Of a DNA stretch of 64,000 nt, positions 13,852-24,798 are shown piece by piece. Below the pieces are notes generated by a model. That model searched no databases, had not been told where the DNA came from, and worked only from the letters and a program-made list of their open reading frames with translations. Within the stretch, counting starts at the first letter, position 1; the number at the start of each line of letters is the position of its first letter. The translations under genes and the position numbers were made by a program. This DNA is from Hyphochytrium catenoides (Eukaryota > Protista > Hyphochytriomycota): contig FLMG01001983.1 of assembly GCA_900088475.1 (NCBI GenBank), positions 54,116 through 118,115 of the forward strand, in the 5' to 3' direction.

Positions 13852-14106
13852 TAAAGAAAGGAACCAACAACACTTGCCGGATACCAATGACAGCCATCCT
13901 TAGCTTTTTAATGCTAATGTTCTGCTTCAATAACGAGAGTCTGAAGAAATGCAGTGACCAGGATAGAGTTGAATACTTGGGCACATGGGTCATAAAAGAG
14001 ATATAAAGCACCAGTCCACAGCTTGTGAAGGAGGAGGCAAAGTAGGGAGACGGACTGTACTCTGGAAGAAGATTCTCAGGGCCACAGTCTACAAGATCGG
14101 TGTTTC

Positions 14107-17100
14107 TCAAGCTGGCTGAGCGGTAGCGACACTAGTCCGGCGGTTGGTGATTGGACCCACAGCTTCTTCCTCAGCCATAATGGACCGAATGAAGTCAAGG
14201 GCTTCATCCTTTGACATTTCGTGGACGTTGCTCACTTTGTTCTGATGGCCGATGCCATAGAATTTATCGGCAGCGTTGACCAGCTCAGGCCTGAAAGTGG
14301 ACGTGATAAACTGTGCGGGGTTCTCCTTATCGTTCGTCTGCCGTTCAATTAGAGCCGCAACTGCTGCGCGGTAGGTAGAGTCTAACGCTTGGTCAATCTC
14401 GTCAAAAAGGTAGAATGGAGCAGGGTCACAACGCTGAATAGCGAAGATGAATGCCAGAGCTACAACCGCTTTCTGTCCACCAGAGAGCTGCTGCATGAGA
14501 TAGGTTTCCGCTCCGCCTGTGAAGCTAACTCTAACTTGTACACCTTCGAAACTGCTGACTCTTCCCACTCCCATAGAAGAAACGTTAGATGACTCGCTCT
14601 CCTCTGTTTGCTTGGCACGGACGATGGTAATGTTACCATGGCCATCCGGTACCAACTCCTTAAACACTTCGGAAAAGTGATGAGAGACACCTTTGAATGT
14701 ACGCAGAATCGCTTCGTCCTTGCGCTGATCCAAGACTTCAATCAGCTCTTCAATTGCTCGTCCTCCGTCATCCAGCTCCTTCTTTCTGTCAATAAGGGCT
14801 GTGCGTTGCTCACTAAAGTTCACATATTGATCTAGAGCCTTCTTGTTCACATGACTGTACTTCTTCAGCTTTTCGTTGATTTCATGCAGCGTCTTCATCA
14901 CCTTTTTCAGCGAGTAGGACTTGAATCGTTCAAGTTCCGCCATGGGAAGAGTGCCAAGTTCCCTTATTTTGCGCATGTTATCTTCCCGCTGCTGCAGCAA
15001 CATACTCCTCTTGTTCATCACCTTTTCCGTCTTCCTTGTCTCACCCTGTAGCGCTTCAGCTAAAGCAGTATCCTCGTTCTTCAGATCTTCGAGCTTCTTG
15101 TTTAGAGAAGCTAAAAACTTCTGCGTCTCTTGGAGGCTCTGCTCCAACCGTTGCATTCTGTCGCAATTTTCTTGGAACTTATTTCGCGCATGCTCCAAAT
15201 CACTGCGCTTGCTCTCCCGGAGATCTAGCCTCTCAGCCACATCCACTTGACCTGTGGTCCCAGCTCCAAGCTCTGACTCCGCCTCCTCCAGTCGCCTCAC
15301 AAGGTTAGAGTTCAGCAAAGTCTCCAGAGAGGTTTTCTTCGCCCGAACCTCCTCCAAAGCACTAACTTCTTCCGTCTGGTTTTCTTTTAACCGGAGGAGC
15401 TCAGCTTGTAAGGCTTCTAGCTCCCGCTTTTCTTGTGGAGAGAGAGAAGCAGTAAGTTCAGATCCGATCTCCTTCTCCAAAAGCTGTAAGCGCAAACGAG
15501 AGTCGTCGAGGGAGTTCTGTAACGGTCCAAGCTGGGTAAGCTTTTCTTGTAGGTTGGCCTCCTGCACTTTGATGGTGTCTCGCAGCCTTTTGAATGAGGT
15601 TGAGGCCTGGACATGGTTCCCACGGGCTTGATTTTTCTCGGATTCGACTCGGGTTCGCTCCGACATGAGTTTAGTGACTGCCATGTCCGCCTGCTCAGCT
15701 CTTTCTTTTGTCTTCTGCCAGTCTGTCTCTGCTTTCTCCAGCAGCTGCTTCGTTTTTTTTATGGCAGCGTAAGCAGCCAAGCGCGACTTAAGTGGGTCAT
15801 TGTAGCCACCCTGCATTGCTCCACGCCTCTGGACCAGATCACCCTCCAGGGTAAGGCAATCCATGCCTGCTGACTCTGCGAAATTGGACGCGACCGTTAA
15901 ATCACGGCATAGGAGGAATTTGCCAAACAACGTCTCCATCGCGGGCTTGAATTGACGATCGTACTTGATTTTTGATATGAGCGGAATGGCATCCTCGCTC
16001 GTAGGATATTCGGTCCTCTTGGGTCGCAGACGGTTCAAAGGCATAAAGGTGAGTCTCCCGGCGTTCCGCTGTTCTAAGGCCTTCATAAGCTTGGCAGCAA
16101 TCTCGTCATTGTCGACAACAATGTGGAACAGGGCATTACCAGCGGCCACCTCCACTGCAGTTCTAAACTGCTCTCTCTCCAGATCAATTAGGTTAATGAG
16201 TGGACCGTGGTATCCCCTAATTCTCTGGGTGGCCACGATCTGATCAATCGCCTGAAGTCCTTGACGTACTTCTCTAGGCATAGTGCTTCGTAAATCGTCC
16301 TCGGCCCGCTTTAGTTGCTCCCTGGAAGTTGAGACCTCCTTGTCCATGGCTTGATCTGCGGCCCATGCTTGTTTGCGCTCCTCAGCCATTCCATTGAGCT
16401 GCTGCTTTAGCTCCTCCGATCTTTTCATAAGAGCTTCTACTGCTCCGTACCGTTCATTCATTTCCTCCTGCTGCTCCTGGAGGTTCTCTTTAGACTCCCC
16501 GATTTGTGACTGCAGAGAAGCTATTGATTTCTGCAGATCCTGAATGTTCCTCTCTTTCGCAGAGATAACGTCATGCAGTTCCTGGATTTCCCCTTGCAGG
16601 AAACGATCCCTTTCTTGGACGGAGGAAAATTGAGAGTTTCTTCCTTGCTTGATATAAAGAGCTTCAGACTTGCGCTCCAGCTCTGATATGCGGTTAGCAA
16701 TTTGCTCGACCGTCGCCTTCCTTCGGTTGAACTCGGGGTTAATCTTCTTGTCAAGCTGCTGCTGAGCTTCAGCAATCTGTGACTTTAGAGCCGTTGCTTC
16801 TTTCTTCGTCCTTGACTGACGCTCTTCATCAGCTGCAACGCGGTCATCGAGCTCTCTAAGGTCCAACTCCAGCTTCGCCTTATTTTGTATCAATTGTGTG
16901 CGCTCCATTTCCAAATCTTCTCTTTCTTGCGTCATAAGCCTAGCTTTCTGCTGTGCATCCTTAATGTCCTTCTCGGTACTGCGAATCTCTTCATGAATGC
17001 GGAAAGCACGATCATGAATATCTTTTGAGACTTCATTCTCTTCTTGTCTCGCATCTTCTAGTTCCTGAAGCTGCTCTCTGGCTCGAGTCAGCTCTTTATC

Positions 17101-17787
17101 GTAAAGAGTGTACTCGAGGGCGCGCTTTTCCTTATCTAACTGTTGGTACTCGCTCAGCTCCGCTTTCTCTTCCTCCAGCTCTTGAAGCCGCTCCTCGATA
17201 TAGACGATAACTTTCTGGATCTCCTCTCGCTTTTTTTCACTTTCTACAAGAATTTTCACGGACTCTTCACGCCTCTCCTCGTAGACTCGAGTGCCAGCAA
17301 CTTCTTTGAGCAACTCAAGCCTTTCCTTGTCTTTCATGAGGGCCAAAGCCTGGACCTTGCCTTGTTGCACGATGTAGTAAGGGTTGGACCGTGAAAAGCC
17401 CGCACTTTCCAATAGGTGAATGACATCGCTTTTGGCAATATGTTTCCGATTGAGAAAGAACTCATCCTTTTTCAACCCAATAGTCCTTCGCAGAACTACT
17501 TCTTCTTGATCAACAGGAAACCTTCCGTCAGTGTTGTCGAAGATGATCTCTACGAAAGCGGACATAACATTGGCTCCGGCTCCCTCATGAAGCAAATGCT
17601 GCCTTTCCTCCTGACGTAGATTGGCAAATCTTGAGCTTAAAAGTACAAAGCGTATGGCATCGAAAAAGTTCGATTTGCCAGATCCATTTCGCCCAACCAC
17701 CACATTGTGTTTTGAGCTGAAGGGAGCAACTTCCAATTGGTCCCTATAACTGCGGAAGCCCGCAATAATAACCTGTTTGATATGCAT
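14107..17787 (-). CDS. SMC3: Cohesin subunit SMC3, intronless, 1226 aa
   Basis: MHIKQVIIAGFRSY start (ATG 17787); Walker A GRNGSGKS; SMC3-type GLKKDEF acetylation site; SRSNPYYIVQQG; hinge GRLTFMPLN; signature LSGGQK; Walker B/D-loop FYLFDEIDQALD. Confidence 0.98.
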   Translation of the reverse strand: MHIKQVIIAGFRSYRDQLEVAPFSSKHNVVVGRNGSGKSNFFDAIRFVLLSSRFANLRQEERQHLLHEGAGANVMSAFVEIIFDNTDGRFPVDQEEVVLRRTIGLKKDEFFLNRKHIAKSDVIHLLESAGFSRSNPYYIVQQGKVQALALMKDKERLELLKEVAGTRVYEERREESVKILVESEKKREEIQKVIVYIEERLQELEEEKAELSEYQQLDKEKRALEYTLYDKELTRAREQLQELEDARQEENEVSKDIHDRAFRIHEEIRSTEKDIKDAQQKARLMTQEREDLEMERTQLIQNKAKLELDLRELDDRVAADEERQSRTKKEATALKSQIAEAQQQLDKKINPEFNRRKATVEQIANRISELERKSEALYIKQGRNSQFSSVQERDRFLQGEIQELHDVISAKERNIQDLQKSIASLQSQIGESKENLQEQQEEMNERYGAVEALMKRSEELKQQLNGMAEERKQAWAADQAMDKEVSTSREQLKRAEDDLRSTMPREVRQGLQAIDQIVATQRIRGYHGPLINLIDLEREQFRTAVEVAAGNALFHIVVDNDEIAAKLMKALEQRNAGRLTFMPLNRLRPKRTEYPTSEDAIPLISKIKYDRQFKPAMETLFGKFLLCRDLTVASNFAESAGMDCLTLEGDLVQRRGAMQGGYNDPLKSRLAAYAAIKKTKQLLEKAETDWQKTKERAEQADMAVTKLMSERTRVESEKNQARGNHVQASTSFKRLRDTIKVQEANLQEKLTQLGPLQNSLDDSRLRLQLLEKEIGSELTASLSPQEKRELEALQAELLRLKENQTEEVSALEEVRAKKTSLETLLNSNLVRRLEEAESELGAGTTGQVDVAERLDLRESKRSDLEHARNKFQENCDRMQRLEQSLQETQKFLASLNKKLEDLKNEDTALAEALQGETRKTEKVMNKRSMLLQQREDNMRKIRELGTLPMAELERFKSYSLKKVMKTLHEINEKLKKYSHVNKKALDQYVNFSEQRTALIDRKKELDDGGRAIEELIEVLDQRKDEAILRTFKGVSHHFSEVFKELVPDGHGNITIVRAKQTEESESSNVSSMGVGRVSSFEGVQVRVSFTGGAETYLMQQLSGGQKAVVALAFIFAIQRCDPAPFYLFDEIDQALDSTYRAAVAALIERQTNDKENPAQFITSTFRPELVNAADKFYGIGHQNKVSNVHEMSKDEALDFIRSIMAEEEAVGPITNRRTSVATAQPA

Positions 17788-18359
17788 TGCACACAGGGAG
17801 TCGTAGCTCTTGACTGTTCTAACCCGATAGGTGGTCAAACACTAATCTCAAGGACTTGAGAGCAGAGCTAACACTCTGCCTTCATCGCCGCGCAATCTTC
17901 ATTCAAGACCACTTTACCAATCCCAGATAGACACTTGGGGCTCTGAAGGTTTCCGCGAATTTTAGAGACTGGCCCCGATTCGAAAGTGACTGAAACATCG
18001 AATCTCGGGCGTCAGATTGAGCTTCCACGAAATTCAGTCACGGCGAGTTTGAGGATCAACAGAGCAAGAAGAACACCATTCGGGCACTTTTGGCGGGAAA
18101 AGATGTTAGCATTCTAATTCTGGATCTCCGCCTCTGTTGCTCTATTCTTCAAAATAAACAGCACAAAAGCCTCAATTATTACAGAAGCAATTCCAAGATT
18201 TTAGAGTTTACAAGTTATGGGTATCCAGATCTCACTTTTAGCAGGATTATCCGAGGACCTGGGTGGGTCTCGCCGTTATCGTTTTGTGATGATGGCGCTC
18301 AGAACAGAAATTTCTACTCCGTACTTGCAGAACCAGTTTCCGTGCGCCTCCAGCTGCCG

Positions 18360-21300
18360 ATGTACTCCGGAGTAAGTCATCCGCGACGGTTCGCTGGTCC
18401 CCAAGGCGTGCGCCAGTGGATGCGTATGCTAAGAGGAGTTCCTAAGAGTCATAGTACAGCTCCAGATTCGGTATGGAGGCCTGAAGAATGTGTGAGCTGC
18501 ATAGTTCTCTATCGAGCATGATCAAACTTAAGGAATAAAGGAAGCGTCAATCTATTGGAAGGAAGCATCTGTTCTCCGTTGCAATGCCTCTGACCAATTT
18601 GGACTACCGATCTCTCAAGGACAAGATTAGTGAATTGTAAGGCCTGTGGAGCTGCTAAAAATCAGGATAGGGCAGCTAACTGGTCCGTCCAATTGTTACC
18701 ACAGGCAACAGCGAAGGAGGTACTTAGAGCAGAAGAAGGCTCTTAGGGAGGCCACCTTCTCTGAGTTTGGAGCGATCACCCAACACGCTAGATTGAACGC
18801 TTTGGAAAAGCTAAAGCAAGCGTCCGAACTTGCAGAACGCGAAAATGCAGCCCTATTGCAAGATATTGCGACCACGCAGGCTAAGCTAAACCACATAGTC
18901 AGTAATACTGAAGCCAAACAAGCCTTAGACTGTGCCAAGGTAAGTGTGGGGCATGGCCAAGCTATAGTAAAGAAGCAGGAAACCCTATAACGGCGTCCTG
19001 CTTGCAATCTTCTTCGCTATGTGGCTCGATATCTAAGCCAATTATCCCCAATTTGGCGCCTGATAATACCTGTAGGAAACCTTCTGCCACAAGGTTGAAG
19101 CGGTGCTACCAGCTTGGCGGGAGCAGCTCCAGTTGCATAAAGTTGCGGCGATACGTCTGTTGGAACTGAGACGGAAGGATGCTGAGGAGAGAAGACTGCT
19201 AGCCAAGCAGGTCCTTCAACAGCCTTCCGTATTCACTGTCGGCTGACTCGTCCTCAATCTAGTCCCCTCCCCTTCTGCACCCACACAATCTTTTCAAACC
19301 TGCTCTTAGGCCTTTGATAAGGAGAAAAGCATTGAGCTCTTGCTTGAACAAAAGGTAAAAGATCCAATACGACGATTGTAATGTCAGAGGCCAGTCTTAG
19401 ACTGACTCTGAATTGAACGTAGCGCAACGAGTTAGCGATAGCACAAGTCCTGGAGCATAATGAGGCAATACAGAGAGAGGCAGAGCGTCTGGCGCTTCGT
19501 CATGCAGGTAAACGTGTCTTAGGCTCACGTCATTGGTCATTAAGATAACACCCCCTACGCTACGTAGCAAATGAGAATGAGGTGACGCTACAGCACCGTT
19601 TTGAAGCTTTGACTGAAGCCGCAAAGGCCAAACTGAAGAGTCTTCGGGCCAGCAGCAGCCGTAAGTGCGTTATCCCTTTCTCCTTCTTGTCTGCTTCTTG
19701 GAGTACTTCGGGTAGGAGATTGGTTTCTACAGCTTGATCTTGCTTCGCCTTGTACTTGGCACTGCTTCTACCATAGCAGGGCTTGATGAGGAGGCCCCTA
19801 TATATGCTTGTCTTGGTCTTTCCAGTTGAATTCGCCGTCGGTTATTCATTGTTCGCGGATGCAGGTACTACCGAAGACTCCGCTCAAGGGGAATTGCAAA
19901 ACATCAAAACAGCTATAGATGAAGCACTGTAAGTCCAGTGACGGAGTTGCACAACATGTTTCTGGCACTATCAAGATGTTTACCGTCTTCTTGCGCTGCT
20001 GGGGCATACTCTCTTGACAATAATCTTGCCATCTTTAGGGCACTGTCGATTGGCCTTCCAGAATCCTCCAAAGGCGCATTTCTTCGACCAAGTCCTTCTC
20101 TCACTCAAGATGAAGCTTCTCCATCACCTTCTTCGACCCCCGCCCGAGCCCTCAAGAAGACTGATGACATCAGGGAGGGGAACGCCATACCCCAGTCACT
20201 TCGAGACATTGTTCGCCCTGTGACCAATGGATCCGCCGAATTCCTGGCCAATGAATCCGTAGCAAGTCTGGCTCTGACTACTCGCGAAGGCAGGAGACAC
20301 AAAGACAAAGTAGATGACGGACGCGAGAGAGGCCGCACAACAAAAGATACTGATGGTGAGAATATTGTTAATAAAAGGAATGTAGGTGGGCTGGGAACGC
20401 GATGGGAAGAAGATTTAAATTGCACCAGAGCAATGTGGCAACCTTAGGCGGGAAAAGGAAGGTTGGACAGCCGAGAAAAGATAACACTAAGAAAAGTTGT
20501 GAGGCAAGGCTAACGAGGGGTTACGCGCCGGAATGTTACTCCTTCACTAGGCCCGCAAAGATCTACTAACAGCGAGGAAAAGCAGGATACCGAATGGAGA
20601 GCTGCGAAGTCACCCAGAGAAAGCAAAGAGCAGGTGAAGAGTTAGGTTAAACATAAGATAGGGAGACAAACATAACAGCACTCACAGGCACTCTTCCGAC
20701 CAGGTTGAAGACGCGCAACATAAGCTCATCCAGAAATACCAGGGTCAGATTCCGCAGCGCAGCTCTCGAAGTCAGCCCTCAAAGCCTGCACAGCGGTTAA
20801 GCGATTCAGGGGCTAGAGAGGAAATGGTCCACGGGTCTGTGGCCAGAGTTCACAGAGGTTCATTTCCAAAAGGCTTAACTGGTGATAGGTTGAAAGATGA
20901 GAAGAAGATAGAAGACAGTATAGAACGGCAAAGCGCAATATTTGGAGGAAGCCCGCAGCGGTCACAGACCGAGACACCGGATAAGCCACAGTCACAAGAA
21001 GAAATTATGGAGAAACTAGGGGATGGAGGCCCTCCTCGACTTCCCATAAGACTGCCAGGAAGCGTTAATGACAAGGTTTCCACAGAGCTTGGTCGTAGTG
21101 TCAACCACGGAAGTAGAGGAGCTGAAGGAGGGGGTAGAACAAGCCCTTCTCTACCTCCTTCCCGCTCAAGTAGGGCATCTAGCTCTTCTCCTCCCGCCCC
21201 AAGCAGGGCATCTAGCTCTTCTCGGCGACCATCCAGTTCTCTTTCGGAGCAACTGAAAGGCCAGGAAGCGGATGGAACAGAGACCAAACCTCCCGTCGAA

Positions 21301-24300
21301 GACATAACCAGGAGATTGGAAGACTTCATGGCCCGAACCCAAGCATCTGCTTCCTCGTCCGCAAGATCATCGAGCCACAGACACTCCGTAAGTGGATCAC
21401 AGGCCACAACGCGGAGAACAGAACGAGAAGACAAAGCTGGTACAAAGGCACCTTCTCCATTGAGCAAAGAGCTGCAGCTTGAAAGATGTATGACCAACCT
21501 GCAAAGTAATATAGCTAGGGCAACAGCACCAAAGTCCCCCGATGACGCAGGAAAGCTTAGAAGTAGCGGGGCGCATCCAGCCCTACCTCTTGTGCCATCG
21601 CTGTCATCGCTTGGTACCTTGTCGGCTGCAGTAGAGCCGGAAGCGCGTGTCCTCTCAAGCCCTGGAATTGCTGATGGCGAAGGTGAGGAGCAGAGAGATA
21701 AGTTCTCTCTTTTCATCCAACCGTCTTGCCAACCCGAGGACCCTATTGGCCAAGGAGAGAAGGATACTAGCTCCATCTCAAGCTTCTCAAATTACGAAGC
21801 AGGCCGCCTTGATGGACCTCGCCAAAGCAATCTGCCAGGAGTGACAGAACCTACTCCCATTGCAAGTAAGGAAGCTTTCTCTGACTTGCGAGAGCAGAGG
21901 AGCAAGCCAAATCTCTCTGCAAGTTCCTCCCCTCCGGCTCTGTCGTCTGTCTTATCTGACGAGGTTGACGGAAAGAGGCTACAGCCAGAATGCCGCAGCC
22001 AAAGTAGCCAGGAAGCACAGCAGGATCAAGGACCTTTCAAGGGCACAGAGGCCAAGGATTTGAATTCAAGAGATTCAAGAGAATCGGTAAAAATCATTCC
22101 CTCTGCTCTTTTTTCCGGCCGAAGTTTCGCAAAGGAAGAGACGATGATAGGTGATGCGGATGGCACACGGGATAAAGATCAGAAGACGTCTCAAGCACAA
22201 GCCTTGCAGGCGGTTGGAGAAACCCATGAGGAAAAAAGAGGACTCGGGGCTAATTCTAGTCAAAAGGAAGGACTGGCTCCAGGGTTGCCGAAGGTCACGA
22301 GCAGACCAGGAGATGGAGTGGAAGAGCACAAGGCGACGCCATCACCATCTTGCACAGAGATCATTAGTCAAGTGCGTTTGCCTCTTCATGTTTGATCTCT
22401 CGCCTTGAGACTTGCCACTGTTGTTTTAAAGTCGGGTAGCACTGATCTCCCTTATCCCAATGTATCCTTGAACAGATGAGCTGGAGTCAAAAATCCAAGG
22501 CTTTTCTGGCGATGCTTTCTGCCCTTCCTAAGCTAAGCTGTCAAAATCTCTCCATTCCTAGACCAAAGGAAGGCATGCAACGTTCTCAAGAAGAAGAAGA
22601 GGCCCTAGTGATTAGGTGTGTATAAGCACGATTTTGGTGAAAATTAGTCTAGTCCCAATCCTCTCTCGCTTACCGCCTCTGCCTGCCTGTACTAAATGCG
22701 GCAACCCGCGCTCGACGAGGTGTTCATAGTGCCTGGCCCATATTGTCTTCCTTATTGCACATGTGTTCCACCTACACTTTGCCCCTCCTGATGAATATCT
22801 GTCTCTTGCACAGGTCGCTGTTACATGAAGGAACAGAAATGGTGCTCCTTCCCGCAGCAGCATTCTCTGCCTTGCGCCGGTTTATTCTCTGCCTTTCTCC
22901 AGGTCAAAGCTCACATATGGAACCCCTAGATTATACATCTTTTCAGCGCTAACCTTCTATCAATACCTTAATTATTCAGACATCATGCCCAACTCTGCTT
23001 TTGAGGGGAAGCTCACTGAGGAGAAGCTCAGAAAATACCAGGCGGATATTAGTCCACACGTGCCAGGTATGGATCAGGATTGGCAAGGAGAAAGAAGAGT
23101 GAGAAGCCCAGCAATTGGATCAGTAAGATGGGTACCTCAGATGCAGCGCAAGCCGTCTATCGTTCAAGTTACCCTTTGTCTTTGCGTGACACAATTGGTT
23201 TCTTACCTTTGTGTTTCTCTATCCTTTTTCACCAGAGATTTGGAAAGCGCTGCTCGGTCACCTCGAGGGGCTCATAGCTGCAGGGGATTACTCCGTTTCT
23301 GCCATTCTGACAGAGTTTCTTCCGGTTCTACTCGGAGACAGGGCAGAGGAAACGAGATACCAGCGCAAGGTCCTATATTCTCCACTATTGCTTCTGATCT
23401 ATCCTTTGCTCCTTTGATCTATCTTACGCTCAATTGTGTCCTCCTCCTCTGGGCCTTGGAAGGCAGATTTGCCTCCTTGTGCCTGCCTGTCTCGCAACAT
23501 CGGGTGTGTAGGGTTCCCTCCTCCTACTTTTAGCCGCGTGGTATCCAAGGTTCTCCTTCCCAAACAAGTGACGGAACTCTAAGTAGCAAAGGCTCATCCG
23601 CGTCTTTGTTGTTTTGCTCACTTGATAGCTACGGGACTTCCTCTCCCCAATACTGGCTGCCAAGGAGACCAGAAGCGAGAGGGAGAACTCGACAGCGGAG
23701 AAAGTACGGGCTGATATAGGGGAACCTGAACCTGTAACAGAGTCAATCCAAAGATCAAGGCATGGTGGACCCGCAAGACCCGAGGCTGCGCCGACTTCGT
23801 CTCAACCTTCACTTCCTACGTCCTCACCAACAACTGGTTTGAAGGAAAGCAAGCCTCGAGTGGAACTATCAGGACCACAGCCACAAAAGAAGCCAATTCC
23901 CTCTCCGGACAGGCTGAACTTAGCTCAATATATTACCCCTCAAAGGTGGGAAGAGTGGCCTAACGTGTCGTCCCTTCCTTACGAAGGAATCATCAAATCT
24001 CAGCGTATCAGTGCGCAGTTCTTGATGGTCTGAAGCTATGAATCTCGCGTCATCCTCTCTCACCCTGTTAGTCTCTTTTCCATTTAATCGTCATAAGAAC
24101 TGATCAATCTTGGTCATCTCTCTCCTGTCCGTGACAGCAGAGAGTCAGAGGAGGAGAGGCTTGCCAAGCTTCTCAGGTATGTTTGATCACCGAATGAAAC
24201 AAGTCTTGCATTAGTGTGGGGTCAGCTCATTAGCTATGAATTGTTCAATCCTACGCCACGTTGCTCTTGAAACCTATCAGGAAAGGACAAACAAGTCCGT

Positions 24301-24428
24301 CGCGCACGGCACTCAAGGCTCTTCAAATTCTAGACGATGGAGACGGCCTGGAAAGCAGTCTTCAAAGCGCGGGTTCACTTGCTAGCCCCAAGAAGGGTGA
24401 GGACGACAAGTTTGATGACGACTTTTGA
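18360..24428 (+). CDS. Multi-exon coiled-coil/disordered protein, tentatively Kizuna (KIZ/PLK1S1)-like centrosomal protein
   Basis: About 15 exons linked in phase, including track ORFs 18646, 19938 and 20824. N-terminal coiled coil (QQRRRYLEQKK...ELAERENAALLQDI...ETFCHKVEAVLPAWREQ), Ser-rich middle, helical C-terminal block and acidic end EDDKFDDDF*. The gene is well supported; the Kizuna identity is remembered resemblance only. Confidence 0.6.
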
Positions 24429-24798
24429 GAGATGAGAGCAGGCATTAGGGAAAGTGCGGCAAAGTGTGAAGATTCGTGTACGAAGTAAACATTTCTCTTC
24501 TATTTACACTATCTCGACAGCCTAGTACACGATAGCGCATACCACTTAAATGAACAGACGCACTACCACTAGTAGGAAGATAACTCCTGGATAAGGAACA
24601 GAAACTCTATTGCAGCCCAGAGCTTCACGTTATCCCAATCTCGGTTCTGACCTAAGCTTCTTCCCCTGTCATTTGCCTACCTACCTTCTAACCTAGCTAA
24701 TTAATCGGAAAGAAAAGGAGAATCGATGAACAGAAGGTGCCCAAGCTTCCATCCACCTCTTCTCTCCTCTCTTGTGCCCTCCAGTCTTGTCTCTCAGA

